The notes below the pieces were generated by a model. It was not told the DNA's origin. It worked only from the letters and a program-made list of their open reading frames with translations, and ran no database searches. From Proteromonas lacertae (lineage: Eukaryota): a DNA stretch of 64,000 bases. This document shows positions 13,968-27,371 of this stretch, piece after piece. Position 1 is the stretch's first letter. Every line of letters begins with the position of its first letter. The stretch covers positions 1 through 64,000 of the forward strand of contig NGBS01000600.1 of assembly GCA_002245135.1 (NCBI GenBank), written 5' to 3'. Made by a program: the position numbers and the translations under genes.

Positions 13968-15745
13968 TTAATGAATTGGTGGAGTAGTATTACCAGCTTG
14001 ATGTTCTTCTTTAGGATTTATCTTAATCATATCATCAATTCTCAATATAGTAATAGCAGCTTCAGTAGCAAAACGAATACTCTTTACTTTAGAAATAGCT
14101 GGTTCTAAAACACCAGCTTTAAAGTTATTCACTATTTTACCTTCAATCAAATCTAATCCACAATATTTCAACTCTTCATTCTCTTTATTATTCTTACTCT
14201 GACATAAGTTGTGTTTAGCACATAATTTAGCTATTAATTCACTTGCATCTTTACCAGCATTTACTGCTAATGTCTTTGGAATTACTAATAAAGCTTCACT
14301 AAATTGTTGAATAGCCAATTGTTCTCTACTTCCAAGACTAGTTGCAAATCGATCTAAATACATAGATAAAGCAGCATCAACAGCACCACCACCCACAATC
14401 AAACTTTTACTTTCTAATACTCTTTTAATCACACATAATGAATCATGTAATGATCTTTCCATCTCGTTTAACATATATTCATTAGCACCACGTAATACAA
14501 TAGTTACTGCTTCGGTAGTCTTACATCCTTTAATGTATAAATATTCACCATCACCAACTCTTTGTTCACAGACTTCTGTAGCTGATCCTAAATTAGCAGG
14601 ATCGAATTTCTCATCACCTTCTAAGTCACTTAAAGTTGATAATATTGTTGCACCTGTAGCTTTGCTAATCATTTCCATCTTCTCTCTTGATAATCTTCGA
14701 ACAGCAATACATTTCGCTTCAACGAAGTATTTCATTGACATATCATCAATTCCTTTAGTTGTAAAAATGACATTTGTACCAGTAGATAATATCTTTTGAA
14801 TTCTTTCTTTGGTAATATCTTCTTCTCTTTCTTGAATGGCTTCTAATTGGTCTGGATTGTTTAATAATACTTCTACACCCATTTGCATTCTATGACGCTG
14901 TAAATCGAAATCTAATAAAGCGATCTTTGCATTATTTACAGCTTGTGGCATTTGCATTGAAGCTCTAGTTACATCTAAAGCAAAACCATTTACTAATTCA
15001 CTCTATAAATATTATAAACAATATAATTATACTTCGATTGCACTTTTTCCATGACATTTCAATATAAATGCATTATCAATTGGATAAACAGTTTTTCCAA
15101 AATCATCCACTCTCTTTAATTGTTTAACACAATCAACAACCATTTTACCGAAAAATTCACTTTCTGCACCAATAATCTTACTACTCATTGCTGTTTTTGC
15201 ACAACTTACTAAGACATTATCATCGATCTTTTCACTGGGGATTAATAAATTCTCTTTTATATATTTGACACATTCTTTCATTGCTAATTTATAACCACTA
15301 ATTATGCTTGTTGGATGAATCTTTTGTTTATATAACACATTGGCTCTTGCCATTAATTCAGCTGCTAATATAACAACAGAGGTAGTACCATCACCTACTT
15401 CTTTATCTTGTAAATCTGATAATTCGACTAAAACTTTAGCTGCTGGATGCTCTACGTTTAATAATTTTAATATAGTTGCTCCATCATTAGTTATTGTCAC
15501 ATCACCTATTTCATCGACCTATAGAGTTATAAACGACAATAATAACTGAGATTATACCAGCATCTTATCTAAACCTACTGGACCTAATGAACTTTTCACA
15601 ATGTTTGCAACTGCCATACATGCAGTGACTATATAAAATAAATTAGAATATTTAGTCAAAGGTATATATAATGCATAGATAATATACCATTTTGAGAACG
15701 TACATCTTCACCTTGAGTTCTTTCACCATTTAAAGTTAAAGACAT
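13968..15745 (-). CDS. CCT1: T-complex protein 1 subunit alpha (chaperonin CCT1)
   Basis: MSLTLNGERTQGEDVRSQN..AVANIVKSSLGPVGLDKML..TITNDGATIL..GDGTTSVV..KSIRFATEAAITILRIDD. Three short introns near 15003-15032, 15519-15557 and 15629-15688. Confidence 0.97.
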
Positions 15746-15835
15746 CTTCTTAGAATATAAAAAATTTAAAAATGATTTATTTTTATTTGAATGTTGCTTG
15801 ATAGGCTTGAGTCATTTTAAAAATCGCATTTACAC

Positions 15836-18800
15836 ATGTTAACTCAACTTAAAAACGCAATATTGCCAAATCAGTATGACAAGAGTAATACCTCACCTGT
15901 CAGTGTGATGAACGGACGAAATAATAAGGAAGAAGAGTTTTCAAGAAAGTTATTAACTATAAAGCAAATGAACACTGATATTAAAAAACCAGAAGTTTAT
16001 AGTACCATTTTAGAAAGTCGTTACATTACCTGTCAAGATCTTTTACTATATATTCAAGATATTCAAGTTACAAAAGATCAACTTGCTGAATTAATTAAAT
16101 TACTTCAAGAAATTGCAACTGAAATAAAATTGTCACCTCCAGATCACAATGTTATGATTGATGTAACAGGAAACATTTTGTTGTATTGCATAGCATCAGT
16201 ATTCTCCAATTACGTGAAAGTTGACAATTTAAACTCCTCCTCCTTTTTATACCCATTCATTAGAGATAATTCAACACATGAAGTCGAAAATATAACCCAA
16301 ATGATAGATAATTTTAATTTTGATATACCTCATTATAAGTCTGTAGTTAATTTCTTTTATATTTTACTACTGAAAGAGAGTAATGAAAGAGATGTGTATG
16401 AAGATTACAATTTTACAAATGAAAGATTTTCAAAAGTATATTTATTATATTTTTAATTTATTTATTATTCATTATAGTTATTATTAACCAAATCCTTCAG
16501 TTTTTTGCATTCTACACTTCAATACTGTCATTTCGATACTCAGAACTCTCAGACGTATGCAACACTGTTTATAGACGCTATGAGTTTATATTTCTACTTA
16601 ACAGACACAAATATTCCATTTTACTCACCAGATAGAGAAAATTCAGGTAATTCTGGTGAAAGTGATATATTAGAAGATGTGCTCTTATTTTTTGAAGGTA
16701 TTTTGACATTATATCCAAGCTTAAGCTTGTATTTTTGGCTTGATGAGACAAATCCACTGTCAAAGTCATTAAAAGTGTTCTTTGACTCAATAATAATGAA
16801 GAAAAATCCACCAGAAGATCTATTCTACCATTCTATTAGATTTATAAAGTGTTTAAGTAAAGAAAAACCATTTGAAATACACAATCAATTAATAAAAATA
16901 GATTCGTTTTATAATTACAATCACTTATTTGGTTATTTATACAATCTATATGATCAAGTCAAACATATCAATAATCAAAAAATAACCTCCAATAGTAATA
17001 ATAATATCATATTAAATGATATAATCATTAGTGAGATATTAGATTTAATCAGTGTATTATCAGATAATAACTTTGAAATATGTGAATATTTCTATTATAA
17101 AAATGAATATCATTTATTTGAAATATTATTGTCATACGTTTATTATGATGTTAGTCCAATTATAAAGGTATATATATATATATATTATATTATTATGTTT
17201 ATTTATATATATAGGGTAAAGCTTATCATACTCTTAGCATCCTATCAAAATTAAATCAATTCAACGTAATTATTACCGAACATATTTTAATTAATTCGTT
17301 ACTCAATACACCAACTACCAATAACAATGCATCTAATAATAATAATAATAATTACAATACTAATCTACAACAACAACAACAGAATTTATTATTTCAACAA
17401 CAACAACAACAGAAACAGCAACAAATGATGTTAATGATGATGAGACAACAACAACAACAACAACAAGATCCATCATCAGCTCAATTACAAATACAACAAT
17501 TTGACAGTGGAATAAAGTCAGAAATAGAATATGTCGAACCAAATAATAAAGAATATCCAATTACAATAGGTTTTATTGAATTGATCATTAATTTATGTAA
17601 ATACAATAGCAATAGTAAAGAAGGATTATTAAATCGAGTAGAATTTGATAATTATTTTAGTTTTATATTCAGTGATATATTCCTAAAGATTGATAAGAGA
17701 GAATTTAAGAATATCAATGAGAAATATGACTTATTGACAAAATGCTTAGAATTATTCAATATTATCATATCAAATTATGATAATTATTTAAAATATATCT
17801 CTCATAATAATAATAATAATAATAATGCTATTGATGAAAACAATAATTGCGTATTCAAACTATTAACGATAATATATCGTGGAGGAAGTTCATTCAATTA
17901 TATCAACAATTTACTCTCTAAATCACCTATTGAAATGCAACAATTACATTGTAATATCAATAATCAATGGAAGTTAGAAAATGATGGTTATAATAATGAA
18001 GAAGATATGATTATCGAATGCATTCATCTCTTCGATATTTTGATCAAAATCGAGAATCACTTCATTCAGTATATACATAAATATTATAGCTCCTATATAA
18101 TGAAACCAATATATCAAATGATCTTATTATCAAGTAGCAATATTAACTTATTAAATCATATATTACTCTCTTTTTCCTATCAATTCAGTCAGATTTATAA
18201 TCATTATTCTATTGATTTGTTGTATTATTTAATCAGTAATTGTTTATCAAGAGATATATTGAATAAAATAGTCATTAATAATATGATTGTTCCATTATTA
18301 GATTGCTACTGTAAATATTTCAATCAGTTTATGTATTTGAAGAAAGAGAATATTGAAAATATCTACAATCAAAGTGATAATTATTCTATATTGAAGAACA
18401 GTGAAGATATATTGAAAGTATTGATTACTCATTTAGAAAACAATAGAAATAGTCCATTTATATACTTATTATTCGGTATTAAAACCCATATACAATTTCA
18501 AATCACCAATCCCTTATGTTTAGTGGAAATATTAATTAATTTGATTAGTTCAAACCAAAGGCTTGAGGAATATTCAAACTTATGTGAATTGATTTGTCAT
18601 TTATTCACTATTCTTATCAGTGAATCTGAATAACAGTAGCAATAATATAGAAGAATACAATATAAATGACAATGACACTGAGATTTTATATTTATTTAGA
18701 AAAACATCAATTCTTTCAAATACATTAAAGAATGTGATAATTAATTATAATAATAATAATAATAACATTAACTTGGTAAAAAATTATAATTGTATAATCA

Positions 18801-20903
18801 GTTGGATATTGAAATCTATTGCAATTGATATTCAATTATCCAGTATTAGTAATCCTCCAATATATGATAACATATCGTCTATTTTAATGAATTTATTTGA
18901 TAATAATACAAACAGGAATCAAGCCAGTATGATCAATATTAATAGTAATAATAATAATTTGTTTTACTATTATTCAAGTAATGAGAATATGTTTTTATAT
19001 ATATTCAAAATCATTTTACAGGAAAATACATTTCCAGTAATCCCATCTTCACATCCAGTAAACGTTATTCTTCAAGATTTAGTGTCTAAAAATAATGGAA
19101 TTTTAGTGGAAGATGTATGTGAAGGAATAGAGTATCAGAAAATAGATATAAGACTACTAAATGAGATATTATATAACAATAATAATAATAATATTGACTT
19201 GTGTATTTTAGAAGAATTAAACAATTGGTGTTTGAATTGGAATAGATATAGTGAAATAGAATTCAGTAGAATTCTATTATTAGAAAGTTGGAATCAAGTC
19301 TTAGGTATTATTTTATTATGTAAAATCAATATATTCAAAATACCAGGAAGTATTTTCAAAGAAGGAAATGAAATATTTACTGTAACAAATATATTACAAT
19401 CTATTTTGCAAACTCTTTTATTAAGTTCAACTCAGAATATATCAAATGGTAGTTCTAATAATAACAATTTAGAAATAAATAATAATAATAATCATATCAA
19501 TAATAATGTCAATAATAATATATTAAATCTAAGGATAGAAATAAAGGAGAAATTAGCAGGAATGGTCATATTATTACTGTCAAAATTAAAGGAAAAAGAA
19601 ATACCCAATTCCAAGTATTTACCTTCATAAACTATTGAATCAAATATTTGAATCGATTTTAGACTGTTTATGTAAATCATTAACATGTTCAACCACTTCC
19701 TGTTATTATAGAATATTGTTATATATATCAATATTAAAGTATATACAATGGAATAATAAATGTGAATATAATGTGGAATTATTGAATAGAAAGTCTAAAG
19801 TATTAATTGATTGTTTATTAGAAGATATAATCTATTCAAATGATGAGTTCAAACCTATATGTTTGTATACACTGGAGAATATTTTACACTATGATATTAT
19901 TGGTAATTCCGTTGAGTATTTATCCAATCATATTAATTTCATCAAACTGTTGGATAAAATTCAAAATTTTGGTAATGAATGTTATGAAAATACAATTAAT
20001 GGAGAAAAACAAAGAAATATATTTGAAAGCTTGTTATTACTGTTAAACTGCATATCTGAAAATAATATAAATGGAGCAAATCTATTGGTTAATAATAATA
20101 TATTGAAATTAATTAGAAATAGTTCATTAATAAAGAATATAAATCCATATATGACATTACAAGGAAATAATAATAACAATTTCTATAGAATTATTCTCTC
20201 AATTTGTCATTTGATTAAATCCATTCTTTTTACATTAAAAGATAATGAAAATGTAAATAATGAGATATTATTATTATTTAACGAAAACTTTGCACTATTT
20301 CAAGAGTTATTGAAAGTAGAAAAAAATGAAAATTATAAATTATATTTGGAATTACAAAGTCTTATTATTGGATTATTGATATGTTTATTAGAAAGAAATG
20401 GTGAGAAATATGAAAAGAAATTAAGTCCTTATTGTAACTTATATACTCAACTGATATTGACATTATTAAGTCATTACAGCAGTAACAAATTGATATTTGA
20501 AAATGATGAAATTGACAATAATAATATCAATAATTCACAATTGAAAATATTGAAAAAGAAAATATTTACATACAGTTTGAATTATATATATTATGAAACG
20601 AAGTTAAAAGAGAATTCAGGAAGTGAAATCAACTTGTTTTCTAATTATTCTATTCTATCAACTATCTTATATAGTTGTATAATCAATTATATGAAGAGTA
20701 ATGAAAAGACAAAGTGTTATTTGAAAAGTATCATTGAAATGAGTTTATATATTTATATTAATCATATTCAGTATTGGAAAATGAATAAAATTGAAGTATT
20801 GGAGTTGAAAAGAGATATTAAGAAGTTATATGAATTGGAAGTATTAAGTAAAGAGAATGTATTGTTTGAAATATTGTTGAGAAGATTGAGTTATGAAATG
20901 TAG
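15836..20903 (+). CDS. Nucleoporin Nup205/Nup192-like large alpha-solenoid protein
   Basis: Long helical protein. GIKSEIEYVEPNNKEYPITIGFIELIINL resembles the Nup205 'E..E....EYP.T.AF..L' motif. Introns near 16436-16477 and 17168-17213. Apparent +1 frameshifts near 18630 and 19628. Confidence 0.6.
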
Positions 20904-21287
20904 TAAAGACATATGTTTTTTTTGTTTATTATTGTTATTTTTATTAGAAATTGTGTATTGTTTAGTGAATGTTTTAATAAGAATAATATAAATTTAAATA
21001 AAAATGAAAAATGAAAAATAAAAATGAAAAATGAAGAAAAATATTGTTAAAATATTTAATTCTACTTATATACAAGCATTAAACATATATTATTGTTTGA
21101 ATTAAACCATTAAACTCAACTTATAGATTGTTAAAATGATATGTCATTTTCAAGTAATAATCTCCACGCTAATTATAAACAATCTCACACTTGACATATA
21201 AGCATGAAATCAATTAATATATATAGTAAATGTTGTGTAATTATGAAAATAAAAAATTCATAAACAAGCTAAGCTTGAAAAAATTTG

Positions 21288-21353
21288 ATTGGTAAAACAA
21301 AAATAAAGATCAGTCTAAACAACCAATCACATTCGCTTAGATAAAAAACCAAT
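21288..21353. promoter_or_regulatory. CCAAT boxes upstream of histone H4
   Basis: ATTGG at 21288-21292, CCAAT at 21323-21327 and CCAAT at 21349-21353, all within 125 nt of the ATG. Confidence 0.5.
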
Positions 21354-21405
21354 AAAAACTTCATTTTCATTTTTCTTGAATATTTCATTCATTTTATTCA
21401 TATAA

Positions 21406-21723
<318 letters not shown>

Positions 21724-21747
21724 ATTGTTTATATTCAAAAAACAACT

Positions 21748-21763
21748 GGTGCTTTTTAGCACC
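21748..21763 (+). promoter_or_regulatory. Histone 3' UTR stem-loop
   Basis: GGTGCT-TTTT-AGCACC forms a 6-bp stem with a 4-nt U loop, preceded by AC-rich sequence, 24 nt after the H4 stop. Confidence 0.88.
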
Positions 21764-21797
21764 TTTAAATATTATAAAAAGAAATTTATTTAATTAT

Positions 21798-23136
21798 TTA
21801 GAAGATTAAATTGAATATTAACAACACCAAAATCAGTATTTTTGTACAGTTTATCAAGTATTCATTACTACTGTTACAAACGCCACCATTTCTACTAAAC
21901 GTTATTATATCTCCAGGTGTATCACAATGTGGACAAGTATATCCCTCAAAACATTGACAAATTCCATTCAAACATTTACCTCCTGTTTTCTCTGGATTTT
22001 TATAGTTTGGACCAAAATTTCCACAATCTTTTGATTTCTTACAACTTCCACCACCATTCATTCGAACTATACTATTGCATTTATCTCCTTGACGATCACA
22101 ATAAGGACAAGTCCAACCATCATAACATTCACATTTATTCGTTTTATTATTACATATTCCACCATCATAATAACCACATTCACCACTGTTACTACAACTA
22201 CCTCCACCTGTTGGTAATTCATCACATTTTACACCACTATAACCTTTATTACATTTACATTTCATATTTTCTCTATCACATACTCCTTCTTTACAATCTA
22301 ATTCTGCACATAAATCAATATCACATTTCTTACCTCCATATCCACTTTTACAAACACATTTACCATTTTTACATTTACCATTCTTACAACTTATTCCATT
22401 ACAACTGCAACTATCTTTACCTTCTAATAAATTCTTTTTCAATTTATCACAATAACTACAACCAAATCCACTTTGACATTGACATTCATTATTTATACAT
22501 AAACCTTAAAATATAGATTAAATTAAACTAATAATATTATATAATATAAACAAATAAATAAAAATGATATATTATTACACTCTTTATGATCTTTACAACT
22601 TCCACCACCTATCAAATAATCACCACAAGAAGCACCATATAAGATATCTTCATTCTCACCTAAACTACAATCACTACAACCCCAGTTGGAGTAACAAACA
22701 CAATGACTATTTATACATAAACCATGACCACTACAATCACTATCTTCTACACATATACCTCCACCCCAGCGAACTTTACATAAATCAACTGTTTCATTTA
22801 AACCACTTCGTAATCTATATAAATCATCATATTAAACAATTAAAAATCAAACTTTCTTATTCCACTCAATTCACCTGATACATCAGGAATTAGTTGAACA
22901 AAACAACTTCCACAACCATAACCAGAACTGCATTTACATACTGAACCTTCACATCTTCCTGTTATACTTGAAGCATCTTCACGAAGAGTAGGTAAATCAG
23001 CTGAAGGAATTCCACATTCGATATCAGAAGTACCTTCTCATGTTATTATATCAAATATACAATATTCTCCTCCTGAAATTGCACAATATGTGAAATTAAT
23101 GAAGATAAGTGATAAAACCAATGGAAGAAATGACAT
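21798..23136 (-). CDS. Secreted/surface cysteine-rich EGF-like repeat protein with C-terminal hydrophobic (GPI-like) tail
   Basis: Signal peptide MSFLPLVLSLIFINFTYCA. Repeats of GGGxC..D.DC...G.C....C.C..GWxCPxC. Three introns (including a 27-nt one that removes an in-frame TGA near 23040). Ends ILILVLLIFNLIF. Confidence 0.8.
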
Positions 23137-23265
23137 AATTAAAAAGTAAAATGAAAATCCCCAAACTGTAATCAAGCCTATTTTCTTCTTTTCTTCTTTA
23201 ATTGTGAAGCGAATCAATCATTTATTTTGATATAATTTTAAACAATAGGAATAACAATATATAAT

Positions 23266-26200
23266 TTATTTAATATTTAAGAATTCTTTTGATAATTCTT
23301 TCTTTTCTTCTTCTTTTAATCCATTCAACTAAATTTTACTAACTGAAGTAAATTCATTTAGAAATGATTTTAATTCTGATTTATCGATGTTTTCTTTCAC
23401 TGTTATTGACAATTCATTTAGACTATCAAACAATTTTTCATTTTCTTCTAATAATCTTAATTCTCTTTCATCTAATTCATTTCCTGATATATCTAAATCT
23501 AACAATGGTTCATAATCTTTTAATCTTTCTATTAACACTTTCAATCCTTTCTCACTCATTCCAATATCTATTTCAGTTATAATACAATTATATTCATAAA
23601 ATACTTGAAAGATTATTGATACTGTTTTCAGTAATCATTTCTACAAATCTATCCATAGCATTTACATATAATTTCTACTCCTTCATCACCAATTGGATTA
23701 TTGAATATTGATAGATATTTTACACTTTCTGGCAAACAATCCAGTAATTCTTTTAATCCTTTATAACTGATTCTATTATTTGGATAAATCAACACTGCTA
23801 ATAATTTACTTGTCTAATTAATCGAATATGAGAATCATTGATATTCATATCTATTTCATTAAAATTAAATAATATACTTGACAAATCATATTTATGATAA
23901 TACCTTTCTTTTAGCCTTTTAATACAATAATTTAAATAATAATCTATTTCTTCATCACTCCATGATAAACATTTCATTTTTATAAATGGATAGTTTTTGT
24001 TTTCTAATGATGTTGAACATATTGATTTTAATCCATTTATTCTGATATTATTTCCATTTAGATATATTTCATGACATCGTCCAATTGAATTTATTTTATT
24101 GGTTAATAATATTACACTTTCATCATCTATTGAGATATTACTCAAATTCATTTTATTGCCATATATTAACATTCTTAAATTGTTTAACAATAGTTTAAAT
24201 CCAGTATTACCAATTGGATTATCTATTTAATTATAATTATATAACATTATAATATATACTATGAATTAACAATTTCTCAATATTATCATTATTTTTCACA
24301 TAATTCATCAAATACTCTATTCCATCTGAATCTATATTATTGTTACTTATATCAAGTATGATTTTTTCATGAATATTCATCAAACCAGACAATATGTATT
24401 TCAGTCCAGTAGAAGATAAACCCATTTCTATTATATAATAAATAAAAATAATAATACTTGAACAATTTATTCTATTGTAACAATCTTTTAATAACCATAT
24501 ATGTGGAAATAAGATATTCATTCCTTCATCTCCTATCTCATTTCCATTTATTTGAAGTTCCTTAAGATTTGAAAATGATGATAAATTCGTTTCTATACTT
24601 TTGTATGTTAGGTTATTATCTAAACAATAAAAAATTATCAGATTATACTACTCAAATCTAATACTTCTATCTCTCTCAATTCATTTAATCTTAATGAAAT
24701 GAATAATTTGAAAATACTGTCATCAATACCTAAATTACTTAAATTTAGCACATTATCATTTTTGAAGTATTGTATTAATGTTGGAATGTCTTTGTCAATC
24801 AACATATCTTCTTTACATTTAATATCAATATGATTTTTGAAATAGAATATAGGAATAAGCTTTTAATCCTTCTGCATGAATATTATTGTTGCATGTAATA
24901 TCTAGCTTCTTAAGATTTGGATATTTATATAATTCTTCTGATAATAATATCATACATATATCATTTAAACACATTCCCCTAAGATTCAATTCATTTTCTT
25001 TGTTGATTAATAAATGTAGATGTGGAACTAATAATTTGAACCTTCTTGGACACATTCCATCTACTATATCAATATAATAATATAATATATAATACATGGA
25101 AGATTTATATGTTTTAATTTCATAAGAGGAATTGATTTTATAAATGATTCGATGAAATCAGAACTAGCACTACAACCAAATAAATACAATTCTTTTAGAT
25201 TTGATAATTCAATAAAATATGATAAGAATAATGATTGATGTTGATTTGGAATAGTCATACCTAAGTTAATATAAATGATCATAATAATACCAAATTGGAG
25301 TTTTGCTAAATTCATTAATTTCAAGATTCGGAACAAATAGTTTATTCCTTTCTCACACAAACAAACACAATTTGATTCTATGATAAATACTTCATCATTA
25401 TGTATATTACTATCGATATTAAATATCATTCTATCTAAATAACAGTCATTTTCTCCTTTACATTGGTGACGAATTTGAGATTTCAGTCTATCTTTTATTG
25501 AATCATCTTCTTTGAATACTTTCATCATCAATAATACTGCTAATATTCTCTCATTTGGTTTACTGTTGTAAGATTCTATCAAACTATCTCGAATATTTTC
25601 ATTCTTGTTATATTCCACATAATAGTCTCTCTGAATATCAAATGGAGTTATTTCTATTGAATAATCATTATTGAATATGATTTCTTTTCTCTCATCACAT
25701 CCCATTACACTATTCTTTGACGCTTGTAACATCTTATTCGCTTTCATCATTTCTTTTCTCAACTCTTTCAAACTCAATCTATCTTCACTCTTCACTTTCA
25801 ACATTCTATCTATCATTTCCTTCATATCATCATCACATTCTACATCTAAACTGTATTTACATCTCAGGATATTATTCATTGTTTTATAAATATTATTATC
25901 TTCATTAAATGGTAATTTCTTACAAATCATTTCATATAATATACATCCAATTGACCAAATCACACTTTTATCATTACATTCTAAACCATTCAACTCTTCT
26001 GGACTTTTAAAACACACATCATATATTCTCATATCATCTTCCTTTCTCAACGTATTTAAGTATAAATCACAGATCTTTGCATTGTTATTCTCTTCATATA
26101 TTATGTTACTACTCTTCAAATTGCTAATCACAATGTTATAATCACATAATACATCAAAAATATCACATATTGAACATATCACATTACTTATATCAGTATT

Positions 26201-26527
26201 TGAAATGGATTTATTGTGAATTATCTCTTCTAAATCCAATAAATAGTATTTTCTTCTTAATAACATCATATTATTACCGATTATTTCACAAGCAGATGGA
26301 TAGATGAAGGATAAACAACTATCAATCAAGAATGAGTTATTCTCTAAGAATTCTTTTATTCTAGCTTCTTTAACATTTTCTAAATTTAATATCTTAATAC
26401 TTTTTACATTATTCTGATGCTCTATTACTAAATCCACTTCTTTCTCGCCTTTTTCTACACTTTCTTTTATCTATTATGTATAAATCAATTAACATACTTC
26501 TACTGCATATGATAATAACGAATTCAT
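23266..26527 (-). CDS. Pseudokinase + RI-type leucine-rich repeat protein (possibly disrupted)
   Basis: Kinase fold with SNLKSSNI, CDL and KSPEE in place of HRDLK, DFG and APE. Followed by LRR exons (LDISNNNIDSDG, LDISGNELD). Apparent +1 shifts near 24862, 23800 and 23780, and an in-frame TAG at 23329. Confidence 0.75.
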
Positions 26528-26653
26528 AAAGTTATTGATGAAAGAATCGAAGAAATACATTTTCAAAATATTTTAGTCGTTTCAAATTTATGTAAATTAC
26601 ACACATTTTACATAAAAAGAAAAGAATAGAATAAATAGAATTTTAAATATTAT

Positions 26654-27334
26654 TTAAAAATCATCAGTTACATTATACTTCAAAGCTTCTGGTGGTTTTA
26701 GTTTTATACTGATAGGATCAATCTTACCAGAATGAATTTTAGTTGATAAAGATGTTACTTTTATACTGTAGTTTGATTCATGTTTGTTAAATCTCTTTGT
26801 TGGAGTATCAAAATTCAAACTTGGAATTGTATTTGAAGTATTTGGATTTAAGATACTTTTACTAATTCGACTATTACTTCGATTTCTTACAACAGAGGAT
26901 TGAGATTTTTCTTGAGTTGTCCAAAATGAATAATTACTAATCAATGAAGATCTACATAAATCACGAATGGATGGGAAATAATCAAATAATAAATAAAATA
27001 ATGGATGAACAACTAATCTCATATATTCTAATTGACTATGTGCAAACTATATAAAAATTATTATTATAATAATTTATTTATACTGTTTTTATATCAGATA
27101 TATCCATTAAATCACCATTCATTTCACAATTTGGAACACTATTTCTTTTCAAATCTTCTTCTGTCATTTCTGTTTCAGTTATTGAATTAAACCAAGTTTT
27201 ATAGATTGGAAATGGTTTGACTGGATTGTTGAGAATGGAGGTTTTGAATATTAATAATAATATTTCAATTTTATTCTCTTCACTGTCATACATTGGCTTT
27301 TTATTTGGGAAATAGTCACTATTAATTATAGTTT

Positions 27335-27371
<37 letters not shown>

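Noticed and set aside
21917..22878. His/Tyr-rich + strand ORFs
   Set aside because: They are antisense shadows of the Cys/Gly-rich EGF gene.
23030..23062. In-frame TGA suggesting selenocysteine or codon reassignment
   Set aside because: It lies within a 27-nt GT-AG intron whose removal restores the repeat consensus GGEYCTSDIECG.
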